Source of the DNA: a virus | Virus record (IMG/VR): IMGVR_UViG_3300034069_000710 | Location: 1-50,496 of that record | DNA length: 50,496 nt | Reading direction: 5' to 3' (one strand) | Part shown: piece after piece, positions 40,790 to 50,312 of the stretch | Layout of the letters: each line of letters opens with the position of its first letter | How positions within the stretch are numbered: the first letter of the stretch is position 1 | Notes under the pieces: generated by a model | Told to the model about the DNA's origin: nothing | The model's database searches: none | The model's input: the letters and a program-made list of their open reading frames with translations, nothing else | Program-made: the position numbers and the translations under genes

Positions 40790-43569
40790 TGGCCGTTGTC
40801 GCAGACCGCGTTATCGTCGAACTAGAGGCGAAGCTAGACCGCTACGACGCCAACGTGCGTCGAGCCGAGCAGACCTTCGCGAATGCCACCGGCAGTATCG
40901 AGAAGAATGCCGGGCTCGTCACTAAGGCGACCGGGGCGATGGGCGCGGCGCTGGCGGGGTTGTCCGTCGCCGCCCTAGCCCGTGAATTCCTGCGCTTTGC
41001 CGATGCGAGCAAGTCGATTGACGCGCAATTGCGGCTCGCTACCCGGTCATTTGGCACGTTCGCCCAGGCGCAGGCGGACGCCGAGCGCATCGCCGCGACC
41101 ACCCGCAACGGCCTAACCGAAACGACCTCGCTTTACGGCAACCTCTTGCGCGCGACGCAACAGCTTGGCGGAACGCAAGACCAAGCATCCCGCGCGACCG
41201 AGACGTTTTCCAAGGCTCTTAAGATTGGCGGGGCGGACACCGCCGAGGCCGCGGCAGCGACATTGCAGTTTGGCCAGGCGCTCGCGTCGGGCGTGCTGCG
41301 CGGCGACGAATTCAACTCGATTGCCGAGGCGAGCCCGCGTATCCTGCAGCTACTTGCCGACGCGCTCGGCGTGTCGCGCGGCGCCATCCGCGGTCTTGCC
41401 GAGCAGGGCAAGCTAACGTCCGACGTGCTGTTCAAGTCACTTACCGACCGGAAATTTACGGCCGGGATCGACGACGAATTTAAGACCCTGCCGGTCACGT
41501 TCGGCGAAGCCATGCAGGCAGTCGAGAACGCCGCGACGATCACGATTGGTGCGTTTGACCGCGGCGGCGAATTCTCCACGGCGCTCGCCAACTTCGTGAC
41601 GGACGGCGCCGGCGGGTTTGAAAGCCTCGGCTCCAAGGCCGAACAATTCGGCGCGGATACCCGGGCCGTGATTGCCGGCCTCGCTAACGTGTTTGACCCG
41701 TTGGGAACGAATGGCGGGGCCGTGTTCGATGCGCTCGGGGTAAAAGTCTACTCCGTGACGGATCAAATTCGGTCACTACTTGGTAGCATCGATAAGGTTT
41801 ATAACTTTTATGCGGACGCCGATAACATCGGTACGCGTATTGAAAACTCGGTTAAGCGGGGCCTCAATCGTGCGATTGATCGCGCGGGCGGGGGCGAACA
41901 CTTCCAAGAGAAACAACTAAAGGGGTCAAACCTTCTCGGTAACTTCGACGCCGGGCAACGGCGATCCGCGGCCTATTCTCGGCGCGAGGCCTCGGTGCGG
42001 CGTCTCGAGGGCCAGGGCTATGTCGTGCCCCGCAATCGTGACGGAACCGTCAATGAGGCGGGAATCACGCGTAAGGTCGATAAGACTTTCAAGCCTGTTA
42101 GCGCGCAAAATGCCGACGTTCAAAAGCTCACCACGGCCAATTCTGAGTTGCGCACTCTTGCTAAGACTGCGACCGGCCCGCAACTCAAGACCATTAACGC
42201 TAAGATTGCCAAGAATAATCAGATTATTGCAAATCTGAATAAGGGTGTTTCGTTAGGTACGGCTACCGCTGCCGCGGGAGGCGGCGCCGGGCCAAAGGGC
42301 AAGTCGGCCGAAACTCTTGCGCGCGCGGCCGAGTCCGAACGGCAAAAGGCGTTGCGTAACGACGAGGCGTACGAGAATGAAAAGGAGGGGCTTAACCGCG
42401 ATCTCCTGCGCGCTCGCGCGGCTACGACCAACGCCGCCGAGCAGGTCGCCGCGTTCGAAATTCAGGAAATCGAGGCGGCCCGGGTGCGGCAAAACGATTC
42501 ATACGATTCCGAGGTGGCGCAGAAGAAACTAACGCCGGCCCGCGCTAAGGAGTTGCAGGCCCTAAATAATCAGGTCGCCGCGCAGCAAAAGGCCAACGTC
42601 GAAGCGGGCGAGCGCCAGCGCAAGGCATCGGAGGCGGTCGCCCTGGCGTCGGCAGACTTGCAAAATCAGCAAGACCTCGCCGACGCGCAGGCCGCACTCG
42701 CGACCACGGCAAAGGATCGTCTGGCGAGTGCCCTGCGGCTGCTCGAGCTACAGGAGCGCGAGGAACGCGCCCGGCTCGACGCCGTGATTGCCAGCGAGAC
42801 CTCGAGCGCCAACGAAAAGGCCATTGCGCAGCAGCGTAAGGACGCGCTGCCGGGCATCTATGGCGCCAAGCGCGAGGCCGTGCAGCGGGACAACGAGGGG
42901 CCGCTGGCCTCGTATGCGCGCAAGCTCGAAAAGAGCCCGGAGGACTTGCAGAATGACGCGCAGCAGCTTGTCGTCGACGAGTTGCAGCACGTGCAGGATG
43001 GTATCGCCAATGCGATCAGCAGCAAACTAGGCACCAAAGACCCGCTTATAACCGGGCTGCTCAACCTTTTTATCGAGCAAGTCATCATGAAGCCGATTGC
43101 CAACGCCCTAGCAGGCGCGGCGGGCGGCGCAGGTGGCGGCGGGGGCGGCATCCTCGGCTCGGTATTCAAAGGCATTGCTGGCGCGGCAGCCGGTAAGGTT
43201 TCGTTTGGTTCGTCATCCCTTGGTAGTGCCCTCGGGAGCATTTTCGGCGGCAAGCGCGCATCGGGTGGCCACGTGAACGCCGGCCGCGTGTACCAAATTA
43301 ACGACGGCGGCGGTACTGAAGGTTTCCAGCCGTCCGGTTCGGGAAAGATTATCCCGCTTGGTCGCATGAACCAAGCCGGGGGCGGAGGCACGACGTTGCA
43401 CCTTTCGGTCGCGGTGGATAACCGCGGCAGCGTGAACCCCGAAGGTTTTGCCGATGATATCGCTGCACGCGTGCGCCGCGAGACGGTCGGGATCGTGACG
43501 ACGGCCGTAAAGGGCGTTACCAAGGGCGTTCCCGGTCGTATCGCTCAATATCAGCGGGACGGCGTGTAA
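40789..43569 (+). CDS. Tape measure protein
   Basis: 926 aa. GQALASGVLRGDEFNSIAEASPRILQLLADALGVSRGAIRGLAEQGKLTSDVLF is the lambda-family TMP core. Long coiled-coil and Gly-rich segments. Confidence 0.9.
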   Translation: MAVVADRVIVELEAKLDRYDANVRRAEQTFANATGSIEKNAGLVTKATGAMGAALAGLSVAALAREFLRFADASKSIDAQLRLATRSFGTFAQAQADAERIAATTRNGLTETTSLYGNLLRATQQLGGTQDQASRATETFSKALKIGGADTAEAAAATLQFGQALASGVLRGDEFNSIAEASPRILQLLADALGVSRGAIRGLAEQGKLTSDVLFKSLTDRKFTAGIDDEFKTLPVTFGEAMQAVENAATITIGAFDRGGEFSTALANFVTDGAGGFESLGSKAEQFGADTRAVIAGLANVFDPLGTNGGAVFDALGVKVYSVTDQIRSLLGSIDKVYNFYADADNIGTRIENSVKRGLNRAIDRAGGGEHFQEKQLKGSNLLGNFDAGQRRSAAYSRREASVRRLEGQGYVVPRNRDGTVNEAGITRKVDKTFKPVSAQNADVQKLTTANSELRTLAKTATGPQLKTINAKIAKNNQIIANLNKGVSLGTATAAAGGGAGPKGKSAETLARAAESERQKALRNDEAYENEKEGLNRDLLRARAATTNAAEQVAAFEIQEIEAARVRQNDSYDSEVAQKKLTPARAKELQALNNQVAAQQKANVEAGERQRKASEAVALASADLQNQQDLADAQAALATTAKDRLASALRLLELQEREERARLDAVIASETSSANEKAIAQQRKDALPGIYGAKREAVQRDNEGPLASYARKLEKSPEDLQNDAQQLVVDELQHVQDGIANAISSKLGTKDPLITGLLNLFIEQVIMKPIANALAGAAGGAGGGGGGILGSVFKGIAGAAAGKVSFGSSSLGSALGSIFGGKRASGGHVNAGRVYQINDGGGTEGFQPSGSGKIIPLGRMNQAGGGGTTLHLSVAVDNRGSVNPEGFADDIAARVRRETVGIVTTAVKGVTKGVPGRIAQYQRDGV

Positions 43570-44126
43570 TGGCCCTCTATCGCGAATCGTTCGTGTTCTA
43601 CCTCGACACCGACGAGCCGGCGCTTATGTGGACCGGTCACGGGGATTTGCCGTTGGCTGCAGACGCCGTGCTACCGACGGCGAGCATTGCGGCCGGGGGC
43701 GGCGACCTAGTAAACCTCCCCGACCTCGAGCAGCTTATCAACGGCACGTCGCAGCCGGTCGAAATCACCATGTCGGGCGTCTCACAAGAGGCCGTTGCCC
43801 TGGCTGTCGAGGAATCCGGGTCGGTGTCGGGAGCCGAAGCCTTTATCGGCCGCGTGCAATTTGACGATCAGTGGCAGCAGGTCGGTCCCGTAATATGGGA
43901 GTGGACCGGCGAAGGGCGCGGCATGTCTGTTTCCGGCGAGGATGGAGACGACGGGCGCACCCGTGCAATCACGCTTAAACTGGCGGCCGGCGATACGACG
44001 AGAAGCCGGGCGGCGCTCAACTTTTTCACCGCAGCCGATCAGCAGCGGGATTTTCCCGATGATACCTTTTTCTCGCATGGCGCCGGGATTAACGGGGGAA
44101 CAGCCCGCAGATGGGGGCCAGCATGA
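43569..44126 (+). CDS. Distal tail / minor tail protein
   Basis: TAATG coupling to the tape measure gene. Call is based on position. Confidence 0.5.
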   Translation: MALYRESFVFYLDTDEPALMWTGHGDLPLAADAVLPTASIAAGGGDLVNLPDLEQLINGTSQPVEITMSGVSQEAVALAVEESGSVSGAEAFIGRVQFDDQWQQVGPVIWEWTGEGRGMSVSGEDGDDGRTRAITLKLAAGDTTRSRAALNFFTAADQQRDFPDDTFFSHGAGINGGTARRWGPA

Positions 44127-44527
44127 TCGATCTAGGCGACTTCCTCGGCGAGCGCTTGGCCTGGCCGCGACGCACGGGGACGTGGGATTGCTGCGCTTTC
44201 CCGGCGGAATGGTGCATCTCGAACGGCCTGCCCGATCCGATGGCTGACTATCGGGGCGAATATGCAACCGACGACGAGGCCGACCATATTGTGGCGCGGT
44301 CCGGGGGCTTGGCGGGCATATTCGGCGCGGGCCTCGAGGGTGTCGGCTTGCGTCGGGTAGAGCAAGCCGAACTCGGCGACGTGGGCGTGATCGACATGCT
44401 AGGACAAGAGGCCGGCGCGATCTATACGGGGCGCCGATGGGCCTTTATTGCCGAGCGTGGCTTGGGGTTCGTATCGCTCGACGCGCGCGACGTGCCGCAT
44501 ATATGGAGGCTCCCCGACGGTGGGTAA
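44123..44527 (+). CDS. Minor tail protein, weakly NlpC/P60-like
   Basis: ATGA coupling at 44123. TWDCCAFPAEW might be a cysteine-peptidase-like motif, but no clear catalytic His was seen. Confidence 0.4.
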   Translation: MIDLGDFLGERLAWPRRTGTWDCCAFPAEWCISNGLPDPMADYRGEYATDDEADHIVARSGGLAGIFGAGLEGVGLRRVEQAELGDVGVIDMLGQEAGAIYTGRRWAFIAERGLGFVSLDARDVPHIWRLPDGG

Positions 44528-46661
44528 GACACTCGGTAGCCTCCTGGCAATCGGCGCCGCTATCGCCGTCAACGTCATCCCCGGGGTCGGCCAATTCCTA
44601 TCGGCTGCGATTGGTTCAACGCTGGCAACCGCCGTCGTGTCGTCAATCACGCTCTACGGTTTGCAGGCCGGCGTTAGCCTCGTGTCGGGCTCGTCGACGC
44701 CCAAGCCGGATACGACCGAGACGGCAATCAAAACCAGCCGGCCGCCCCGGGTTTCCGCGTACGGCATATCGCGGCTTTACGGGGCATACGTGCTCTACGA
44801 GACCGCAAGCAATGGAACTGCGGTCGACGTCTACGCGGTGCACGAGGGGAAGCTAGATGGCATCGTAGCGCGCTACCTCGGCGACGCAACGGTGACGCTT
44901 ACCGGAACGGTCGTCAATAAGGGCAGCGACGGCCGCTACAAGGGAAGCGCGGTCAATTTCTATACGACCGATGGCAGCATTCCGGGCGCCGGTTTTCCCG
45001 CAGTCACGGCCCTTATTCCCGATTGGACCGGGCGCGGCGACGGGGTGGTAGGCCTCGCCGTGACTGCAAAGAGCGTGAAGGCCAAGGATTTTCAGGAAAC
45101 CTACCCGCAATCTGCGGTGCCAGTGCCTTCAATCGTGGCTCGCTGGCAGCGCTGCCCCGATCCCGCGGCGGCTAATCCGCTCGACGAATCCGGCTGGACC
45201 TTTACTGAAAATCCCGTGCGCCAGTTGCTGCATTACAAGCTTGTGCGCGAGGGGCCTAAGCCGGCGCTCCGGCGATCCGACCCGGCATACCCCGCCGCTC
45301 TTGCTACCCTGCGTGCAAAATGGTGGGCGCGGAAAATTGCGCCGACGCTTCAATGGTGGATCAACGCCTCCGCCGACTGCGACGCTCCGCGCGCGTTGAA
45401 AGCGGGAGGCACCGAGGCGCGCTACCGCTCGGCCGTCGCGCACAAGCATACCGACGAACACAAGGGCCCGACGTCGGCGTTGCTGGCCACGTTCGACGGG
45501 TGGCTGGCACCCCGCCGCGATGGCGCCTTGGTGGTTTATTCGGGACGCATCTACGCGCCCGATCCCGCCGACCTTTTGAGCAGCAGCGAAATCGTCTCGT
45601 ATACGTGGGAGGGCGGTCGGGTCGACGATACCGAGGCGGTTAACGAAGTCATTTGCTCGTATATCTCAGCGCCACATGACTATAATTCGGTCGAGTGCGA
45701 CGCTTGGCGCGACGAGGACGATATTACGCAGCGCGGCCAGGTGCTTTCGTCGCCACTCGAGGTACAGGTACCGAGTAATGGGCAGGTGAGATACCTCGCC
45801 AAGCGGCTTATGGCCCGCAAAAACTCGCCGTTCCGAATGACGATCACGACCAATATTGCCGGTCGGAAGGTGCAAGGAAAGCGCTTTATCCCGGTGCATT
45901 TGGAGGAAGCGGGGAGGGTATTCTACTCGGGGTCGGTCGAGGTCATATCCTTGTCGCGCACGCTGCGCGGGGGCGTGACTATCCAGTGCGTTGCCGTCGA
46001 CCCCAACGTAGACAACTGGAATCCGGCCACCGAGGAGGGTAGCCCCGCGGCGCTTGGGAATCGAGTAGCCGCGCAGCCTCTCAGCACGCCCACGATTACG
46101 ACCGCGCAATACGCGGGCGGGTTTCTCACCCTATCCGTGGCAGCGGCCGACCGTGCCGATTTGACATGGTATGTGCGTTCGCGCGTGCAGGGCGCCAGCG
46201 CGTGGGGCCCCGAGACGGTTTATGCCGATATCGACGCCGGGCCGGCCGTCACGTTGCAGACGGATATCGTACCCGCCGACATGACCCTAGAAGTAGAGGT
46301 GCTATATACCGTAGGCGATGGCCGCGCTTCCGATTGGTCGCCCCTTGCCACGGTCTCTACCGCCGCAGCGCCGGCACCGGTCACAGCGGTAACGGCGGCG
46401 GGCGGTGCCGGAAAAGCGACTATCTCGTGGCGCAATCCGACTTCAAGCAACTTCAACTACGCTCGGGTCTACCGCGCGCCGTCGGGGCAGACTTTCGCTA
46501 ATGCGGTACAGGTCGGGGGGAACATGGTGGGTGGCCTCGGTGCCACGCAGTCGTATGACGCGACGGGTTCGGCGGGGAGCTATCTATATTGGGTGCGTTC
46601 GTTTAGTACGGCGGGAACCCCTGCCGCACCAACCGGCCCTGTTGCCGCGACCGTGACTTAA
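44520..46661 (+). CDS. Host-specificity / tail tip protein (lambda J / GTA g15-like) with C-terminal FN3-like repeats
   Basis: The Gly/Ala-rich hydrophobic N-terminus (LLAIGAAIAVNVIPGVGQFLSAAIGS) resembles GTA g15. GTG 44520 overlaps the previous stop. C-terminal ATISWRNPTSSNFNYARVYR is FN3-like. Confidence 0.65.
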   Translation: MGKTLGSLLAIGAAIAVNVIPGVGQFLSAAIGSTLATAVVSSITLYGLQAGVSLVSGSSTPKPDTTETAIKTSRPPRVSAYGISRLYGAYVLYETASNGTAVDVYAVHEGKLDGIVARYLGDATVTLTGTVVNKGSDGRYKGSAVNFYTTDGSIPGAGFPAVTALIPDWTGRGDGVVGLAVTAKSVKAKDFQETYPQSAVPVPSIVARWQRCPDPAAANPLDESGWTFTENPVRQLLHYKLVREGPKPALRRSDPAYPAALATLRAKWWARKIAPTLQWWINASADCDAPRALKAGGTEARYRSAVAHKHTDEHKGPTSALLATFDGWLAPRRDGALVVYSGRIYAPDPADLLSSSEIVSYTWEGGRVDDTEAVNEVICSYISAPHDYNSVECDAWRDEDDITQRGQVLSSPLEVQVPSNGQVRYLAKRLMARKNSPFRMTITTNIAGRKVQGKRFIPVHLEEAGRVFYSGSVEVISLSRTLRGGVTIQCVAVDPNVDNWNPATEEGSPAALGNRVAAQPLSTPTITTAQYAGGFLTLSVAAADRADLTWYVRSRVQGASAWGPETVYADIDAGPAVTLQTDIVPADMTLEVEVLYTVGDGRASDWSPLATVSTAAAPAPVTAVTAAGGAGKATISWRNPTSSNFNYARVYRAPSGQTFANAVQVGGNMVGGLGATQSYDATGSAGSYLYWVRSFSTAGTPAAPTGPVAATVT

Positions 46662-46672
46662 CAGGAACCCAT

Positions 46673-47329
46673 ATGGCGCTCGTTTTCCCTACTTCGCTTT
46701 TCGGCTTCCTCGAGCAGGAAATCGATATTGAACGCCAGACCCTAAAGGGCGGCGTGGCGATCAGCGGCGAGCAGGATATCACGTCGACCGATGGCGGGGG
46801 CCGCGTGTTTGCCGACTTTGCCGAGGGGTCGCTGATCGATCGCGCCCCGACCCTGGCGTGGCGCGCGCTGCAGGGCATTCTCGAGGAAGGCGTTACGCCT
46901 ATTATCGTGCCCTTTTGCGATATTCGACACCAGCCGTACGGCGGGGAGTACCGGGTGACGCATAGCGACGGCACCTCCTTTAGTGACGACACCCTATATG
47001 CCGGCGGCGGGCCGATGGCGCGCGCAACCGCCGACGCGGCTTTGCGCGCTACCTATCTTTCCATTTCGGCTCAAATGGCGCAGCCGCTTATCGGCGGCGA
47101 ATGGTTCACGGTCGTGCACCCGAACAAGCAAGAGCGCGCGTACAAGGTAAAGAGCCTCGAGGGGCAGACCGGTATCCGCTTCGTTCCGCCGCTGCGCGAG
47201 GCATTGACTAGCGGCACCACTCTCGACTTTCGTGACCCCCGGTGCTTAATGGTACAAGATGGCCGAGCGAGCACGAGGAAGTCGGGACGCATGACGCCCG
47301 CCGCAATTCGTTTCGTGGAAGCCCCATGA
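46673..47329 (+). CDS. Hypothetical tail protein (218 aa)
   Basis: Located between the host-specificity and fibre genes. Confidence 0.55.
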   Translation: MALVFPTSLFGFLEQEIDIERQTLKGGVAISGEQDITSTDGGGRVFADFAEGSLIDRAPTLAWRALQGILEEGVTPIIVPFCDIRHQPYGGEYRVTHSDGTSFSDDTLYAGGGPMARATADAALRATYLSISAQMAQPLIGGEWFTVVHPNKQERAYKVKSLEGQTGIRFVPPLREALTSGTTLDFRDPRCLMVQDGRASTRKSGRMTPAAIRFVEAP

Positions 47330-47342
47330 CCGCGAGGAAGAT

Positions 47343-49745
47343 ATGACCGCAGGAACCGACGCCCTCAAAACCGCATGGCGTGACTACCAGACCGAGGGTG
47401 TTCCTTCTTCCGGCCCTCGCGAGCCGCAGAAATGGGAAATTCGTGCCGCGTTCGACCGCCTGTCACTCGATCTCGCCGCCGCGGCTGCGTCTGCCGGGGG
47501 AGCAGGTATCGCCGCAATCGTCGCCGCGGTTCAACCGGTCGCCGATGCGGCTGCCGCGTCGGCGGTCAAGTCGCAGACCTCGGCGGATTCCGCGGCGTCT
47601 TATGCTGATTCGATTGCCGAAACGAACGCAATTGTCGGGGCGCCCGTGCCTATTGCTCGTGGGCATGCAATCATCAACGGCACGTTCAATACAGGCGGGA
47701 CTAATACGACCCGTGCGTGGACGCTGCTAGTTCCCGAGAGTGGGTATCTACAGGCCGTAAATGTATACGTCGGAAAAACGGGAACGCTTACCGCGTCCGT
47801 GCTCGACCCGACCGGGAAAGTTGTCTACTCTCTCGACCTCGTAGCCGGGTCGACGGGGCCGGTTCGATTTCCGCTCCCCAAGCAACTATTCATTGCCGCT
47901 TTTTCTCGCGTTGTGCTGACGGAAAACGCCGGTAAGATCACATATCAGAATAGTGGTTCCGACGTTGTTCTCGCTGTTGCCGGGCCGCATGCAGTAGGCG
48001 AAACTCCTACTCAAACCACCGTCGTCGCTACTTCATCCTTCAATTATGAGGCGGTAATACTTCCGTCGGTCCCCGTTGCTCAGGCGGCAACGATTTCTCA
48101 GGCTGATTTTGACGCCCTGCGTTTGAGCATCCGTCCCATAAGCATGCGGACAAATAGCGCGGGCAACGTGATCGTGACGTATCTCGACGGCACGACGCAA
48201 AATCTCGGCGCTATTAACACGGATCGTATCCCCCTCGGTTCGTTGATCTATGCAGCGGACGACCCCGCCCCTGGCTTTGGCTCGCCTATGCTTTTCTCTC
48301 GCCTGCCGGATAACGGAGGGCTGGTGGTGACGGCGGCCAACGGCGCGAACGTTCCCGCCTATCGCAAGTCGCACGCGGCGAACCCGGCCGTTCTAACGTT
48401 CGGCGACCTCGTGTTTATGTACTTCCGTGTAGACCCGGGCACCAACGTGCAATCTATTGCGCTTTGGACGCAACCTATTGCGGGGTTCGACCCGCTCAAT
48501 CTGTCGCGTTGGACCGACCGCGGTGTGGTCGTCGGCGTGCCGACGGGTGCGGCGTACGATGGCACGTGGGACCCGTCGGCAATCGTTTTCAAGGGAAAGG
48601 TGCGGCTATACTGGCAGAGTCACACGGGCACCGGCAACCTGTTTACGGCCGAAAGCGCAGACGGGATTACCTTTTCAGCCGCCGTCAACACGGGCGTGCA
48701 GCAGGCCGGCGCCCCTACCGTTACGGCGGTCGGCGATACGGCATATGCGTTCTACGGCAGCACGGGCGCCAATCCGCAAGGGTTGGTCGTCCGCACGTCT
48801 GCGGATGGCGTCGCTTTCAGTGCGCCCTCCGCGGCGCCTGTGATCGCCTCGGCTGGCAATGCCTATGCTGCCGATGGGGCTCAAATCGTCACCTCGCGTT
48901 TCTTCTACCAGGCGCCATACCTTTACATGCTGTACGGGGGCACCCCTCAGGGCCGAGGGGGTAGTTCGCCCTTGGATTGGCCCGAGGGAATTTGTTTGGC
49001 TCGCGCCGTGGCGCCGTTCACGGCCTGGGAAAAGCATCCCTCTAACCCCGTGTTCCTGCGCGGCCCGATTGGCGCATTTGATGCGGCCGCTCTGTGGTCG
49101 GGATCGTATCTCCGGATCGGTGGTGTTTCGTATATGTTTTACGAGGCCATGGGCGGGAGCGACGTAGGCAGCCGGGACAATTCGTATCAGGGTTTCGGCT
49201 CTACTGCGTTTTCGCAGATCGGCGTTGCGCGCGCGCCGGTCGACGCGGTATTGTCCGATTGGTCGCCAGACGTGAACGACCTTCCCCCGGGCGTTTACAC
49301 CATACAAAACGTCCATAGCGGAAAGTTTTTGGGCGTCTCGTCGGCCGATCAGAGCGCAATCGTTTGCCAGTATTCGGCGCCGCAACGCTGGATCGTGCAG
49401 CGCGGTAGCGACGGTTTCTATATCCTTTCGTTGAAATCGGCGGGCGCAATCGGCGCGCAGCTTCTAACCAATCCGAACGCGTCACGGACGCCCGGCGCTA
49501 ATCCGAACGTGTACCCCTCGTCGAGCGCGTACCCGACTCCGCCGGTTACGCCGCAGGAATTCAAGTTGGTGCCGCAGCTTGCCCTCGCGGCGGGGGAGGG
49601 CGTGTACGGAATAGTAAACCGGTGGAACGGGCTTGATATGGAGCCTGTCTCGCCCACGCGGGCGGAAGCGGCGCAAATTGCCTTTAGCCTGCCGAATGGT
49701 CATACTCGGCAGAAGTGGCGGTTTACAAAGGTGGCGGACGCATGA
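47343..49745 (+). CDS. Tail fibre / receptor-binding protein with beta-propeller glycosidase-like central domain and C-terminal ricin-type (QxW) lectin domain
   Basis: RBS GAGGAAG. WDPSAIVFKGKVRLYWQSH and GVSYMFYEAMGG resemble propeller-type glycoside hydrolases. The C-terminus has QRW and QKW motifs in a trefoil-like spacing. Confidence 0.6.
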   Translation: MTAGTDALKTAWRDYQTEGVPSSGPREPQKWEIRAAFDRLSLDLAAAAASAGGAGIAAIVAAVQPVADAAAASAVKSQTSADSAASYADSIAETNAIVGAPVPIARGHAIINGTFNTGGTNTTRAWTLLVPESGYLQAVNVYVGKTGTLTASVLDPTGKVVYSLDLVAGSTGPVRFPLPKQLFIAAFSRVVLTENAGKITYQNSGSDVVLAVAGPHAVGETPTQTTVVATSSFNYEAVILPSVPVAQAATISQADFDALRLSIRPISMRTNSAGNVIVTYLDGTTQNLGAINTDRIPLGSLIYAADDPAPGFGSPMLFSRLPDNGGLVVTAANGANVPAYRKSHAANPAVLTFGDLVFMYFRVDPGTNVQSIALWTQPIAGFDPLNLSRWTDRGVVVGVPTGAAYDGTWDPSAIVFKGKVRLYWQSHTGTGNLFTAESADGITFSAAVNTGVQQAGAPTVTAVGDTAYAFYGSTGANPQGLVVRTSADGVAFSAPSAAPVIASAGNAYAADGAQIVTSRFFYQAPYLYMLYGGTPQGRGGSSPLDWPEGICLARAVAPFTAWEKHPSNPVFLRGPIGAFDAAALWSGSYLRIGGVSYMFYEAMGGSDVGSRDNSYQGFGSTAFSQIGVARAPVDAVLSDWSPDVNDLPPGVYTIQNVHSGKFLGVSSADQSAIVCQYSAPQRWIVQRGSDGFYILSLKSAGAIGAQLLTNPNASRTPGANPNVYPSSSAYPTPPVTPQEFKLVPQLALAAGEGVYGIVNRWNGLDMEPVSPTRAEAAQIAFSLPNGHTRQKWRFTKVADA

Positions 49746-50296
49746 GCATCGCAAAATCGGCGGTCGAAAAGCTTACGCAGCTAACCAACCTGCCCCCGTC
49801 GTTCGACGGCAACCCCTTTCTGTACGCTACGGCGCTAACCTCGGTTATGTCGATTGCGTGCCTGGGGTTGGCCGTTACGGGGTGGATGGCGCGTGACACG
49901 TGGCGGGACAGGTGGTGTGTTCATCCGCGCACGCTGCTTTTCAGCTTCCGACTTATGATGGGCCTTGCCGGGTTTGCGGCATTTTTTCGGTCTATGCCCG
50001 AGGTTCTATACCTGCAGGTATACGGCGATCCCGACGTATCGTCACAGGTGCAAGGCGCCATAATCACGGCGAAGCGCGTCGCGGATTCGTTGGCGCTTTG
50101 GCTAGTGCTCGCCTGGATGCTTATTCTCGTCACCATTTACCCCCATATCTGTCTCGTGCTCAAACACGGTACAGTGCGACAAATTAAGCTGGACACGCTG
50201 GCGACCTGGCCGCGATTGGTTCGCCCGGCCGGTGTGTTCCTTGTTATTCTAGTCGTGGCCGCAGCCTTCGCGTATGGGAAGGTATACACGCAATAA
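49742..50296 (+). CDS. Membrane protein with about four TM helices (holin-class or superinfection-related)
   Basis: ATGA coupling to the fibre gene. Hydrophobic segments read directly. Confidence 0.5.
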   Translation: MSIAKSAVEKLTQLTNLPPSFDGNPFLYATALTSVMSIACLGLAVTGWMARDTWRDRWCVHPRTLLFSFRLMMGLAGFAAFFRSMPEVLYLQVYGDPDVSSQVQGAIITAKRVADSLALWLVLAWMLILVTIYPHICLVLKHGTVRQIKLDTLATWPRLVRPAGVFLVILVVAAAFAYGKVYTQ

Positions 50297-50312
50297 CCAA
50301 GGATTGCCGCCC

